From an uncultured Candidatus Saccharibacteria bacterium (lineage in GTDB: Bacteria > Patescibacteriota > Saccharimonadia > Saccharimonadales > Saccharimonadaceae), in the NCBI GenBank assembly GCA_963529085.1, contig CAURWW010000004.1, positions 1,504 through 65,503 on the forward strand: a stretch of 64,000 bases of DNA, read 5' to 3'. Below, in pieces: positions 38,734 to 48,947 of the stretch. The position numbers and the translations under genes are program-made. Position 1 is the first letter of the stretch. Every line of letters begins with the position of its first letter. The notes beneath the pieces are model-generated. The model did no database searches. It was given only the letters and a program-made list of their open reading frames with translations, and was not told where the DNA came from.

Positions 38734-39102
38734 TTATCCTCGTTTAAATGAACGCTTAAACTTGGCCATAATACCAGCTTTGCCAAGGCGTGGATTTTTC
38801 TCAGTTTTATAGCGACGAATTTGCCCGTCAAGTTTTGCCTCAACAATATCAATCGCAGCAAGAACATTCGAGCTTTGATCTTTTGCCACCAAAGTTTTAT
38901 CTGGTACATCAACGATTACTTCAACTTCATATTTATTGTCATGAGTACCGTTAATTTGAGAAATCAAAACGCGCGCTGATGCTGATTTTTTAGCGTGTCG
39001 TGGTAGATATTTGTCTAGTTTACCGATATGCTTAATTGCATATTTTTTTGTATTTTCATCAACTTCGTATTTATTTCCTGTAACTTCAATCTGTGAAATC
39101 AT
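38734..39102 (-). CDS. hpf: Ribosome hibernation promoting factor (RaiA/HPF)
   Basis: KLDKYL, AAIDIVEAKLDGQIRRYK; near secA. Confidence 0.9.
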   Translation of the reverse strand: MISQIEVTGNKYEVDENTKKYAIKHIGKLDKYLPRHAKKSASARVLISQINGTHDNKYEVEVIVDVPDKTLVAKDQSSNVLAAIDIVEAKLDGQIRRYKTEKNPRLGKAGIMAKFKRSFKRG

Positions 39103-39188
39103 GTCTTTCCTTTTCTGTTAATTACTACTCAAATATTAGCATAAACCTTTTTGATTGTCAATAAAAAGAGCCCGCCTCAATAAGCGAG

Positions 39189-39416
39189 CTATTGCTTAAT
39201 TGCCTTAATCTTATCTAGCCGATAACCAGACCATACCCCGTCATCAGTCACGATAACTGGGGTAGAACTAAAGCCAAGATCATCCTTAACATAACCAATA
39301 AGTTCTGGATGCTCATCAAGATTAATTTCTTCGAAAGGAATACCAAACTCCGCAAAGCGTTTCTTGCTCTCCTTGCATGGACGGCAATCATTCCTTGTAT
39401 AAATTGTTATAGCCAT
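39189..39416 (-). CDS. nrdH: Glutaredoxin-like protein NrdH
   Basis: ITIYTRNDCRPC, LGFSSTPVI, WSGYRLDKI (NrdH WSGFRPD-type motif); NrdR boxes upstream. Confidence 0.9.
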   Translation of the reverse strand: MAITIYTRNDCRPCKESKKRFAEFGIPFEEINLDEHPELIGYVKDDLGFSSTPVIVTDDGVWSGYRLDKIKAIKQ

Positions 39417-39474
39417 AGTATCACCCTCTTTCTATTTTGGCTATATTTACATTATAACATAAGTAAATTAAAAA

Positions 39475-39522
39475 GCACTATATATAGTGTTGTAAAATAT
39501 ACATATACGCTAAATATAGTGC
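39475..39522. promoter_or_regulatory. Tandem NrdR boxes upstream of nrdH
   Basis: GCACTATATATAGTGT (39475-39490) and ACGCTAAATATAGTGC (39507-39522) match the acaCwAtATaTwGtgt consensus, 32 bp start-to-start. Confidence 0.88.
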
Positions 39523-39532
39523 TTTAGTAATT

Positions 39533-40807
39533 TTAGATTTCTTTTCTGCCACCCATAAATGGTTGCAAAACTTCTGGGATAATTAAATTATCTCCATTCT
39601 GGAAGTTTTCGAGTATTGCTACCAAACAACGCGCAAGCGAAACGGCTGTACCATTGAGTGTATGAACTACCTGTAACTCACCACTAGTTCTACGCACACG
39701 AATGTTTAAGTTTCGCGCCTGATAGTCAGTACAGTTCGAGCAGCTAGTAATTTCACGATATTTTCCATCAACTGGGCTCCAATATTCAATATCGTATTTC
39801 TTTGAAGCTGGCGCGCCCAAATCCCCACTGGCAATATTGATTACACGATATGGGATTCCTAGATCTTGATAAATTTCTTCTTCAACGGCCAAAATTTTTT
39901 CGTGAGCTTCAGCACTTTGTTCTGGTAAAGTATATGCATACATTTCAAGCTTATTAAACTGATGAACCCGGAAAAGCCCGCGCGTATGTTTACCGTAAGT
40001 CCCCGCTTCTTTTCGGTAGCATGGCGAATATCCAGCATAAAACAACGGTAGATCCGATTCTTCAAGGATTTCATTCGCATGATAGCCAGTTAGCGACATT
40101 TCAGCAGTTGCAATTAAGCTTAAATCTTCGTTTTCGATAAAATATTCATCGCTTTGCTCGCTAGAGCGTGGCGCAAAACCTGTACCCATCGCAACTTTAC
40201 CGTTAACCATATGTGGAACGGTCATAAAATTAAAGTTCTTAGAAAGCAATTTATTTAGCGCAAACTGATAAATAGCATTCTCTAAAAGCGCTAAATCGCC
40301 TTTCAAGAAATAAAACTTTGCACCAGCAACCTTCGCTCCACGCTCAAAATCAACCCAGTTTTTATTCATTGCAAAATCAAGATGATCTTTTACACCAACT
40401 CGCTCTGAACCAAATTTTTGTTCAGCTAACTCAACTGCCCATTCCTTTACAACTTCATCTTCGCCTTCTTCACCAATCGGCACATCTGGTTGGAGTATAT
40501 TTGGAATAGCATTTAATCCAGCATTCAATTTCTCGTCAATATCGCGAAAGTCACTTTCAAGCTCTGCAAGTTCAGTCTTGATTTTTTTACCCTCAATTAT
40601 GTTTTCTTCAGAAGGTTTACCACCATCTTTTTTCATCAAATCAGAAATTTGATTACGACGAGCGCGCAATTCATCAATCTTATAGGTTAGCTTCTTTCTT
40701 TGATCATCAAGTTCAAGAACCGCATCAACATCAGTTTTATAGCCTTTATTTGCAGTATCTTTTTTAACTTGCGCCAAATTTTCACGAATAAATTTTATAT
40801 CTAGCAT
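39533..40807 (-). CDS. serS: Serine--tRNA ligase
   Basis: MLDIKFIREN, LIATAE, GLFRVHQFNKLE, EITSCSNCTDYQAR, HTLNGT. Confidence 0.98.
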   Translation of the reverse strand: MLDIKFIRENLAQVKKDTANKGYKTDVDAVLELDDQRKKLTYKIDELRARRNQISDLMKKDGGKPSEENIIEGKKIKTELAELESDFRDIDEKLNAGLNAIPNILQPDVPIGEEGEDEVVKEWAVELAEQKFGSERVGVKDHLDFAMNKNWVDFERGAKVAGAKFYFLKGDLALLENAIYQFALNKLLSKNFNFMTVPHMVNGKVAMGTGFAPRSSEQSDEYFIENEDLSLIATAEMSLTGYHANEILEESDLPLFYAGYSPCYRKEAGTYGKHTRGLFRVHQFNKLEMYAYTLPEQSAEAHEKILAVEEEIYQDLGIPYRVINIASGDLGAPASKKYDIEYWSPVDGKYREITSCSNCTDYQARNLNIRVRRTSGELQVVHTLNGTAVSLARCLVAILENFQNGDNLIIPEVLQPFMGGRKEI

Positions 40808-40879
40808 GATTAAATTATATCACAAAAAGCAACCTCCTTGAAGAGGTGCTTTTAATATATGTTTTAACATTAAGGGTTA

Positions 40880-43738
40880 TTAGGGTTTTTTGTCAGAATT
40901 TGGATTAATCCAATTACCCCTTGTAGTTATGTTGAACTTTTCTAGTTCAACTCTATTATTGTTCGGAACTGGATTTGAAGGAGGGGTAGCTTTTGGACTG
41001 GAGCTAGTGTTAGAATTGGGATTAGCTACAATCTTAGAGTTAGCTTTTTTAACAATTTGATTCAAGAATTTTTCCTGATCAGCCGTCATATCATCGCGAG
41101 TCTCTGGGTTAGTGAGTGCATTATTAGCCATACTTATGGCACTAGATAGCTGATCTTGGCTCATATTATCTATAGCATTCAAATAGTTAGTAGTTTCGCC
41201 AGGACGAAGCGCAGTTAAGCTTTTCGCAGTCATGTTTGCATACACCCCAGGATCAGACATAGCTTGGCCCATAACACTTTCGGCCATAGTTAAACCATTT
41301 GAAAGCTTTTGAGTAGTAATACCGCCTTGAGTATTTCGAGCAACAGTCATGGCGCCCATGAGCGAAGGAGATACAGCCTTCATATCGCCTGCATATCTAT
41401 CCGTAAACTTCTGCGCAAACTCCTGCGATACACCCGATGATTTAATAGCGGAAGACATTATATTGGCAATATCGCTCTCCTTTTTTCCGGAATTTTTTGC
41501 AGCCCCATACGCAACCCTGAACTTAGAAAAATCCCCAGACTGCATAGCCCCAACAAGAGAGTTTTCTATAGCTGCATCTTTAGCCGCATCACCATTCAAA
41601 GTAGCCCAGCTCCTTGCCATAGCGACAGATTGCGCAGAGATTTGGTCATCTTCACGCTTTTGCTTAATAGCTCGCAAACCATTTAACGAACGGAGCTGAG
41701 AATCTGTAATAGTTCCACTTGCTTCCATTTGTTCTAGCATAGCAATTCTGCGATCTTCATCATCCCATTTCTGGTTTTCTTCGATAATCTGAGCATTACT
41801 ATCAGCGCCAAGACGCGAATTACGCAATCTACCAGCAATTGAAGCTATCCTTGTTCCTCGCCCAAGCCTGCCTAATTTTTGACCGAGCCCAGTCTTAGGA
41901 TCTTTATCCCTTCCAGTAAGAGCATCTACATTACCCCTACTCCAGTTAGTAGCGTGCTTCGCCACGGAAGTATTACCCATAAATTTATTTGCACCGCCAG
42001 CAAGAGAGCTGAGTTTGCCTGTAATATTAGCATTGGTTAGCTTATCTAGAGCAGCTAAAGCACCTCTAATTAGAGCAACTACTCCAGCCATCCCCACAAA
42101 CGGTAATGTCAGATAAAGCCCCTCAATAAGAAAGCTAAAAGGACCGCTAGCTGTAGTCGCTAAGGTATTGGAAGCTAGCACAGTTAGAGAGACTACAATA
42201 GATGCCATAGGATAAATGACTAGCATAGATTTAAATATACTTTTCCATTTGTTAAAAATTCCTTCGGTATTAGGTAAAATAGCAGAGGCAAAAGCAATCG
42301 GTGACAATACAACCAAAATAATAACTGCAGCCTGGCGAATCATTAAAGTAATTATCATCACAACCATTCCAATCAGGGCAGACATAAGAGCCAAAAACAT
42401 AGTTCCACCAAAAAACACTGCACCAGTACCAAGCGCTAAGCCGCTCGCAACAATTTGGCCCAAACTATGAGCTCCACTAGTAGATGCCCCAGACCATTCT
42501 ACACTTCCTATTATGGTGTTATATATGCTTCTACCTAATATATTAGATGCATCTACTGCAATAACAGAAATATAATAAGATATATTAATTAAGATAGCAA
42601 AGATTAAAAGACGTGGGAGCATCTTTTTAATACCGTAATTAGAAATACCAAGGCTAGTAATTTGAGAAATTATAACAATCGTAAATAGAATCACAAACAA
42701 AACGTTGGCTATATCGCGAAAATTGCCCCATACTTCCATAAGGCTTTTGCCACTACTTTTATCTTGACTGCTGTTAGTGAAAAGCTCATTGGACCTAACC
42801 TGCAACATATTATCTGCAATAAATTTATACGAATCCATCACTACTTTAGACAAAAAGTTTGCACCAGGACAAACAATCCAACCCACGCCATCTATTTTAC
42901 AGGAGGATTTGTCTTCGGAACTACCGCTATCATCCCCAGAGCCAAAATCCTTCTCAGCATCTTTACATTCTTTTTTTTCCTTATTTTCATGCTTGGTGCA
43001 ATCCAGGTTAGTCCCATTTGATGACTTTTTACATGCATTCCTCTGGTTACCACCTTCAGTTTTCACAAATTTAGTATATCCATTAGGACATCTTTCAGAA
43101 CTAGCAAAGAATTCATCTGGTCTTTGTTTTTTAACCATTGCATAATTCCACTCCTCTGTGAAACCATCATCTCTCAGTTTTTTGCCAAAACCACACATTG
43201 AGCCACTGTGATGATTATTATTAGTATAAAACCAACTACCCCCGTCATCTTTACAGCTCTTCTCGTCATAGATATCAGCATCGTTAACCCCAGAAGGCAA
43301 TCCTGGAGTACCCCTAAAACTTTTATCTTTAATACATGCAGGAACATCTTTTGCATTACCAAAATCATATCTACCTTTTTTATACCCACTCAAACAAGAT
43401 ATTGGCTCCTTACCGGAGTCATTAGTTGTATAGGCGTCCATTTTGCTATATAAATTACTACTCTGTCCAATAACAGTAGCATCAATCTGCTTCTTTCGAT
43501 TAATAATCACTCCGCTAGTAGAATAAAAGACACATCCAATGCCAGGTCTAGTTCCTATACCTTCCTTGTCAAATTCCAAACCAGCTTGTTTACAATCTTC
43601 CTCGGTATATACATAGTCTTTAACTACAGCATAAGCATAATAATCACCAGATACAAAAAAAATATTTAAATTAAAAACAGACAAAAAAACCAAAAACAAA
43701 ACTTTTCTATATCTCAACCCAGCCCAAAAACTATTCAT
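40880..43738 (-). CDS. Large VirB6/TrbL-like polytopic membrane protein with Cys-rich N-terminal region
   Basis: Signal-like N-terminus; WGNFRDIAN, LPRLLIFAILINISY, IRQAAVIILVVLSPIAF...LPNT...FNKW TM block of TrbL/VirB6 type; long soluble C-terminus. Confidence 0.7.
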   Translation of the reverse strand: MNSFWAGLRYRKVLFLVFLSVFNLNIFFVSGDYYAYAVVKDYVYTEEDCKQAGLEFDKEGIGTRPGIGCVFYSTSGVIINRKKQIDATVIGQSSNLYSKMDAYTTNDSGKEPISCLSGYKKGRYDFGNAKDVPACIKDKSFRGTPGLPSGVNDADIYDEKSCKDDGGSWFYTNNNHHSGSMCGFGKKLRDDGFTEEWNYAMVKKQRPDEFFASSERCPNGYTKFVKTEGGNQRNACKKSSNGTNLDCTKHENKEKKECKDAEKDFGSGDDSGSSEDKSSCKIDGVGWIVCPGANFLSKVVMDSYKFIADNMLQVRSNELFTNSSQDKSSGKSLMEVWGNFRDIANVLFVILFTIVIISQITSLGISNYGIKKMLPRLLIFAILINISYYISVIAVDASNILGRSIYNTIIGSVEWSGASTSGAHSLGQIVASGLALGTGAVFFGGTMFLALMSALIGMVVMIITLMIRQAAVIILVVLSPIAFASAILPNTEGIFNKWKSIFKSMLVIYPMASIVVSLTVLASNTLATTASGPFSFLIEGLYLTLPFVGMAGVVALIRGALAALDKLTNANITGKLSSLAGGANKFMGNTSVAKHATNWSRGNVDALTGRDKDPKTGLGQKLGRLGRGTRIASIAGRLRNSRLGADSNAQIIEENQKWDDEDRRIAMLEQMEASGTITDSQLRSLNGLRAIKQKREDDQISAQSVAMARSWATLNGDAAKDAAIENSLVGAMQSGDFSKFRVAYGAAKNSGKKESDIANIMSSAIKSSGVSQEFAQKFTDRYAGDMKAVSPSLMGAMTVARNTQGGITTQKLSNGLTMAESVMGQAMSDPGVYANMTAKSLTALRPGETTNYLNAIDNMSQDQLSSAISMANNALTNPETRDDMTADQEKFLNQIVKKANSKIVANPNSNTSSSPKATPPSNPVPNNNRVELEKFNITTRGNWINPNSDKKP

Positions 43739-43863
43739 AATGCTTATATTTAATCATACTTTACGTTAAAGTTCAATATTATGCTAATGATTTTTATAAA
43801 AATAATTTTAGCATAAAAAATCCTTGACTTTATGCGTCATAATTGATAAAATTATAAATGTTC

Positions 43864-43940
43864 GGGTGATTAGCTCAGTTGGCTAGAGCATCTCGTTTAC
43901 ACCGAGAGGGTCTGGGGTTCGAGTCCCTAATCACCCACCA
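43864..43940 (+). tRNA. tRNA-Val(TAC)
   Basis: Cloverleaf GGGTGAT...ATCACCC-A-CCA, anticodon arm TCTCG-TT-TAC-AC-CGAGA; TTGACT-N17-TAAAAT promoter upstream. Confidence 0.97.
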
Positions 43941-44062
43941 GAAATTATTTATTTAAAACCGCTTCTATGAGGCGGTTTTAAATTTCATTCTAATAAAATA
44001 GGTGCTTCATAGTAAATTTATTAAGCACCTATTTGTTATGACAGTGATTTAAGCGGAGAATT

Positions 44063-45838
44063 TTACCAACCTCCACCGCCTCCTCCCCCACCGCCACCGC
44101 CAGAGAATTCTCCACCGCCGCCGCTACTAGAGCTAGAAGTATCAGTATAGCTATTTACAGAACTAGAAATCGAGCTGATAGACTGAGCGAATACTGCCGC
44201 ATTAAACGCTGTAGTACCATCATACCAGCCTGGTGCCGTATTGCCATATTCGATCGACAAAACATGCAGCCAAGATTTTTCAATACCAAATAAAACAGCA
44301 TAAGGCAAAAGTCTTTCATAGAGTTTCACTCGCGACTCACCTATTTCTTCTAAACGTTCAGCTCCCTTCACACTCTGAAGGATTTTTATACGATCAGCTT
44401 CTGCGAGTTTCATATAAAGTTTAAGACCATCAAGATAGTCTTTATATTTAGCGCCAGACATATTCAACGGATGCAAGCTAATCAAAATCATCGAATAAAC
44501 AGTATTCACAATACTTAAAATAGCTAAAATCGCTAAACTACCAATATATCTGTCCATCATCCCTTCAAAGGCTCCAGTGGTATACAAGACTCCTAATAGA
44601 ACCAGCATGGACAATAGCAAAATAATACCTACATCCGTTCGCGATATCGACGAATAAAATTTATCATCTTTCATAACTTTTTCAGCATAATAGGGGAAAT
44701 CATTGAAGAAATCTGTACGCAACGAGCTTATTTTAACTTCAGTCTTGTTACCTTTAAATATCTTATTGAAAGTAATAGACTCATTGCCAATCAGGCCGTT
44801 ATTATTAATTTTCCGTAAAATATATTCTTTACCTCTAGAAAAAATACCCCTACTATCTCGCTCAATAATTTTAATATTACCATTAATCGCCATTTTAATA
44901 ATCATTGCTGCAATAACTTTAGAGCTAGCTTTAGTCAAAACTGCACTTTCAAATAATGAAATATCATTTGGTGGTAAATATTGCGGAACGATAGGATCGC
45001 CAGTTTTTGCAGAGCGAAATCTAGTTAGTGAAAGATGAATCAGGTAAACAGTTATAGCAACCTCTATAGCCGAAATAATCCATAACAAAAAGCCAACACA
45101 CTTCACCCAAAAAGGCTCTTGATAACCAACAAAAGTATCAGGTTTTAGCGCAATCGAAAAAGTTACATTTTGCCCCACGGAAAGACTAGAAGCGCCAAAT
45201 GTTAAAGTTATTGATCTATCAGATTCTTCAGATTTTTCGGAAGTAGGGCATTTTTCTTTACTCCCTTCTTCACCAAAATAACAAGACAGTCCAGTATATT
45301 CAGAAGATAGCTCCTTAGGTATATGAACTCGTGCAATTAAATTGTGAAAATTCTGCCTCCACTGAGTTCCGTTAGTATTCCAGACAAAAAACTGTTCCTT
45401 TACATTTGAATTTTCAGTTTTTAAATCATCACGAATTACATCACGGTATGAATATTCTAGCCGATATTTCTGTTCACCACGAACATACTTATCTGCCTTG
45501 CCAATTCTAAAAACTATATTACCGTTCTCATCACTAGACGAAACACCCTCTTGTTCTCCATTCCGAAGAACTTTCAGACCGCCCAGAAATGAATCGTGAC
45601 CCTGATATTTTTTCGGTAAAGCGCGCTCAATACCGTGGTTTTGGTCAAAATCCGGAAATTCAACCGTAATTTCTTCTACGACTTTAAGTATTGATCGATT
45701 CTCCGAATCTTTACTTAGATAATAATCTGCTTCAAATTTTTTAACCACAAAATCATTTACATCAGCAAAAGCCTCTTGATGCAAAATTCCGCCAAAAGAC
45801 AAAAATGTAATCACTAAAATAAAAATAAGCTTTTTCAT
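44063..45838 (-). CDS. DUF2207 family membrane protein
   Basis: Signal peptide, HGIERALP, YERLLPYAVLFGIEKSW, C-terminal SGGGGGGGGGGGW. Confidence 0.9.
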   Translation of the reverse strand: MKKLIFILVITFLSFGGILHQEAFADVNDFVVKKFEADYYLSKDSENRSILKVVEEITVEFPDFDQNHGIERALPKKYQGHDSFLGGLKVLRNGEQEGVSSSDENGNIVFRIGKADKYVRGEQKYRLEYSYRDVIRDDLKTENSNVKEQFFVWNTNGTQWRQNFHNLIARVHIPKELSSEYTGLSCYFGEEGSKEKCPTSEKSEESDRSITLTFGASSLSVGQNVTFSIALKPDTFVGYQEPFWVKCVGFLLWIISAIEVAITVYLIHLSLTRFRSAKTGDPIVPQYLPPNDISLFESAVLTKASSKVIAAMIIKMAINGNIKIIERDSRGIFSRGKEYILRKINNNGLIGNESITFNKIFKGNKTEVKISSLRTDFFNDFPYYAEKVMKDDKFYSSISRTDVGIILLLSMLVLLGVLYTTGAFEGMMDRYIGSLAILAILSIVNTVYSMILISLHPLNMSGAKYKDYLDGLKLYMKLAEADRIKILQSVKGAERLEEIGESRVKLYERLLPYAVLFGIEKSWLHVLSIEYGNTAPGWYDGTTAFNAAVFAQSISSISSSVNSYTDTSSSSSGGGGEFSGGGGGGGGGGGW

Positions 45839-45908
45839 GTTATGATTTTAACATTTTTCAAAATAAAAAACTAGCCTACAAGAATGTAAGCTAGTTATGT
45901 AGTGTGAG

Positions 45909-46898
45909 CTACCTGGTTAATTCGTTATCACTAACACCAGCATTCTTAAACGAAATCAGGTTTTCGGTCGACATCTTAACCATATTTTTAACAGCGGTGT
46001 CAGTATTGAATGCGATATGAGGAGTCATTACAACATTTGGTAGACTTGATAAATCTCGAAAAATAGAATCCTGAATCACTTCTCCGCTCAAATCTTTTTT
46101 GAGTAGTTTTCGTTCAAATTCGTAAACATCAAGTCCTGCCGCTGAAACTTTGCCTGAAATCAACGCATCTCGTAATGCTTCCGCATCAATATGCGCTCCA
46201 CGAGCTGTGTTAATAATCACCACACCATCCTTCATTTCAGCAATAGAATCAGCATTAATAATATGATAGTTATCATCTGTTAGCGGAATATGAAGCGAAA
46301 TAATATCAGCTTCCGCAAAAACCTCATCCAAAGATTTGTATTCTAGAATATTCTCTACTGCTGGATTTTGAGTAATATCATAGCCAATTACTTTCGCGCC
46401 AAAAGCATTAAAAACTTTAGCGGTGGTTAATCCAATATGACCAGTACCAATAATTCCAATTGTCATAGAATTTAACTCGCGACCCATTAGATTCTCGACT
46501 GAAAAATCCTGAACAGCTGCTCGACTTAGAGCTAATGGCAGTCGCCGCACCGTAGCAAGCGCTAAAGCCACAGCAAACTCAGCAATTGCGCTAGGCGAAT
46601 ATTGCGGAACGTTAGCGATCTTAATTCCGTGAGACTTAGCTTTTTCAAGATCAATTCCATCAAATCCTGCCGTTCGAACACTGAAAAAATTAATACCCAT
46701 TTTTTTAAGCTCAGCCCAAACATCATTTAAAGCTTCGCTAGAAGTATAATCCGAAACCGCATCATAACCTTGTGCTAAATGGACGGTTTCAGGAGTTAGT
46801 TCTTTTGTAGTTGTAGCATACTCAATACTAAACTCATCAGCATATTTCTCAAAATATGGAAGTTCATCTTTTCTCACACCAAAAGCTATAATCTTCAT
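45909..46898 (-). CDS. ldhA: D-isomer-specific 2-hydroxyacid dehydrogenase, probable D-lactate dehydrogenase
   Basis: NVPQYSPSAIAE, GIIGTGHIG, INTARG, LDVYE, TPHIAF. Confidence 0.85.
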   Translation of the reverse strand: MKIIAFGVRKDELPYFEKYADEFSIEYATTTKELTPETVHLAQGYDAVSDYTSSEALNDVWAELKKMGINFFSVRTAGFDGIDLEKAKSHGIKIANVPQYSPSAIAEFAVALALATVRRLPLALSRAAVQDFSVENLMGRELNSMTIGIIGTGHIGLTTAKVFNAFGAKVIGYDITQNPAVENILEYKSLDEVFAEADIISLHIPLTDDNYHIINADSIAEMKDGVVIINTARGAHIDAEALRDALISGKVSAAGLDVYEFERKLLKKDLSGEVIQDSIFRDLSSLPNVVMTPHIAFNTDTAVKNMVKMSTENLISFKNAGVSDNELTR

Positions 46899-46947
46899 AG
46901 AAGTATTTTACACTTTTATAGCGAAAAAATCAAGCTTATGTTTTTAT

Positions 46948-48462
46948 CTATCCTAAATTAAGTTCAGGATAAATTTCTTTGGTTATTTCAGAAATTTCAT
47001 GTTTCAATTGCGGGAATGGCACACCCTCACGTGCGGTAACTCCTTCAAAAATCCAGAAAACACGCTCGCTATAGCCCCATCCACAAGCTGGTGGCATACC
47101 GTATTCAAGCATCTCAATATAGTCTATATCAAGCATCATCGCCTCATTGTCGCCATCGTCACGCATTTGCTGCTGCTCAACAAAACGGTTCAACTGGTCA
47201 ATTGGATCATTAAGCTCTGAGAAACCATTTCCAAGCTCCGAGCCAGCAATTACAGGTTGAAATCGCTCTACAACTTGCGGATTGTTTGGATCGCTCTTTG
47301 ATAGTGGCGAAATAAATTTAGGTGTATTCACTAGCCAAACTGGACCCGCGACATCTTTGCGAATATTTTTCCAAAGTTTATCAATACCTCGTGGAATCGA
47401 ATCAGTTTTTTCAACTTCAAGATTATTTTCTTTCAATTTTGCGGCAACTTCTTCAATTGTCGTATCGAAAACATCAATACCGTAGTGCTTTTTAATCACT
47501 TCAGCATAGTCCCACACTTCCCATTTTCCACTCATATCAACGTCAAAACGATCGAGTTTAAATTTCAAAGTGCCAAAAGTTTCTTGGAGGACATATTTAT
47601 ACATCTCTTCCATGAATGCCATACCTTCGCGCCAGTCCCAATAAGCCGCATACCACTCCATCGCAATATGTTCCGGCAAATGCTCGTCGGAATAATTTTC
47701 GTTGCGAAAACGTGGGCCAAGATCATAAACCTTTTCAAATCCCGCTCCAAGCAAACGCTTCAATGGCAATTCATGGCTAATCCGGAGATAAAACTGCGCA
47801 TCATCAAGCGCATCCATATGTGTCACAAATGGATTTGCATCAGCTCCACCTGTAGTGTGTTCAAGAACCGGAATATTGATCTCAAAAAATCCATGCGAAT
47901 TCAAAAAATCACGAGTTGCTTGCCAAAATTTAGAGCGACGAACAAATCGGTCGCGAACTTCTAGATTGACATTCATATCAACATAGCGACGGCGGAAGCG
48001 CTCTTCTTTATTAGTGAAGCCATCTTGTTGCGATGGCATCGGGCGAAGAGATTTAGTAAGAAGTCGCAATTCTCGAGTCGCCACTGAAATTTCACCAGTT
48101 TTACTTTTAATCACTTCTCCATTTGCCTGAATAAAATCACCCGTGTCAAGCAAATTAAGGTCTTTGATTCCGATAAAATTATCCTTTGCGCTAGTTTCCG
48201 CCAAATCTTTCGCAGTAATAAAAAGCTGAATTTTACCCGAAAAATCGCGCAAAACAATAAATGCTAGTTTTCCAAACTTTCGGATACCAGCAATTCGTCC
48301 AGCAACAGATACGGTTTTACCTTCCATTTCGTCAAAATGATTTATAATTTCCGCGGTCATAACCGTACGCTCAGTCTTGGCTGGATATGGATCCAATCCA
48401 AGATTTTTGATTTCTTCTAGTTTTCGTAGGCGCTCATCGCGCAGTTCTTTCATAGTAGCCAT
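46948..48462 (-). CDS. lysS: Lysine--tRNA ligase, class II
   Basis: GGADANPFVTH, YLRISHELPLKRL, FRNE, ELGNGFSELNDP, LEYGMPP. Confidence 0.98.
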   Translation of the reverse strand: MATMKELRDERLRKLEEIKNLGLDPYPAKTERTVMTAEIINHFDEMEGKTVSVAGRIAGIRKFGKLAFIVLRDFSGKIQLFITAKDLAETSAKDNFIGIKDLNLLDTGDFIQANGEVIKSKTGEISVATRELRLLTKSLRPMPSQQDGFTNKEERFRRRYVDMNVNLEVRDRFVRRSKFWQATRDFLNSHGFFEINIPVLEHTTGGADANPFVTHMDALDDAQFYLRISHELPLKRLLGAGFEKVYDLGPRFRNENYSDEHLPEHIAMEWYAAYWDWREGMAFMEEMYKYVLQETFGTLKFKLDRFDVDMSGKWEVWDYAEVIKKHYGIDVFDTTIEEVAAKLKENNLEVEKTDSIPRGIDKLWKNIRKDVAGPVWLVNTPKFISPLSKSDPNNPQVVERFQPVIAGSELGNGFSELNDPIDQLNRFVEQQQMRDDGDNEAMMLDIDYIEMLEYGMPPACGWGYSERVFWIFEGVTAREGVPFPQLKHEISEITKEIYPELNLG

Positions 48463-48578
48463 AGTTAGGTATATTTTAGCATAGAAATAAGTTTTTTACT
48501 ATCTTATTTGCATTTTATAGAAAAATATGTTAATATATAAAAATCCTATAGTCGAGAGACTTTAAATCAGGAGAACCT

Positions 48579-48860
48579 ATGAAGCTAGAGATTGGTGATG
48601 CAGTTCAAATAATCGGAGCTACAGATAAAAAAGGCTGTAGCTGCATAGCGGTAGGAGAAGTAGTGAAAATTATAGGCAAAAAGGTACTATTAGAAAAAAT
48701 AGTAACTTTTTCACCCAAAGGTTTTCGATTGCCAGCGAACAATTTAAAAGAGCTGGGATCAAATAAAAGTAATGAATATTCGGATGATGAACTCTCAAGA
48801 GTATCTCCAACGGAACCTTTATATGAAATATACAAAAGATTTTCGCTATTAAGTCAATAA
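48579..48860 (+). CDS. Orphan small protein (93 aa) with SH3/KOW-like N-terminus
   Basis: SD AGGAG; LEIGDAVQII...VGEVVKI beta-barrel-like pattern. Confidence 0.65.
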   Translation: MKLEIGDAVQIIGATDKKGCSCIAVGEVVKIIGKKVLLEKIVTFSPKGFRLPANNLKELGSNKSNEYSDDELSRVSPTEPLYEIYKRFSLLSQ

Positions 48861-48875
48861 AAAAATATTTTTCTA

Positions 48876-48904
48876 TTGACTTAATAAAAATATTGTTATA
48901 TAAT
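48876..48904 (+). promoter_or_regulatory. Near-consensus sigma70 promoter for the 40-aa ORF
   Basis: TTGACT (48876-48881), 17 nt, TATAAT (48899-48904). Confidence 0.8.
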
Positions 48905-48947
48905 TACAACATTAGTCCGACCTTGGACTTAAAAAGGAGGTATCAAT

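Noticed and set aside
39309..39527. + strand 72-aa ORF
   Set aside because: It overlaps nrdH antisense and its NrdR-box promoter region; no start signals
43864..44062. tRNA-Val as an integration site for an island
   Set aside because: No duplicated tRNA 3' end or integrase seen; the downstream sequence holds only terminator hairpins
44063..44170. GC-rich low-complexity CCG/CCA tract
   Set aside because: It encodes the normal Gly/Ser-rich C-terminus of DUF2207 proteins
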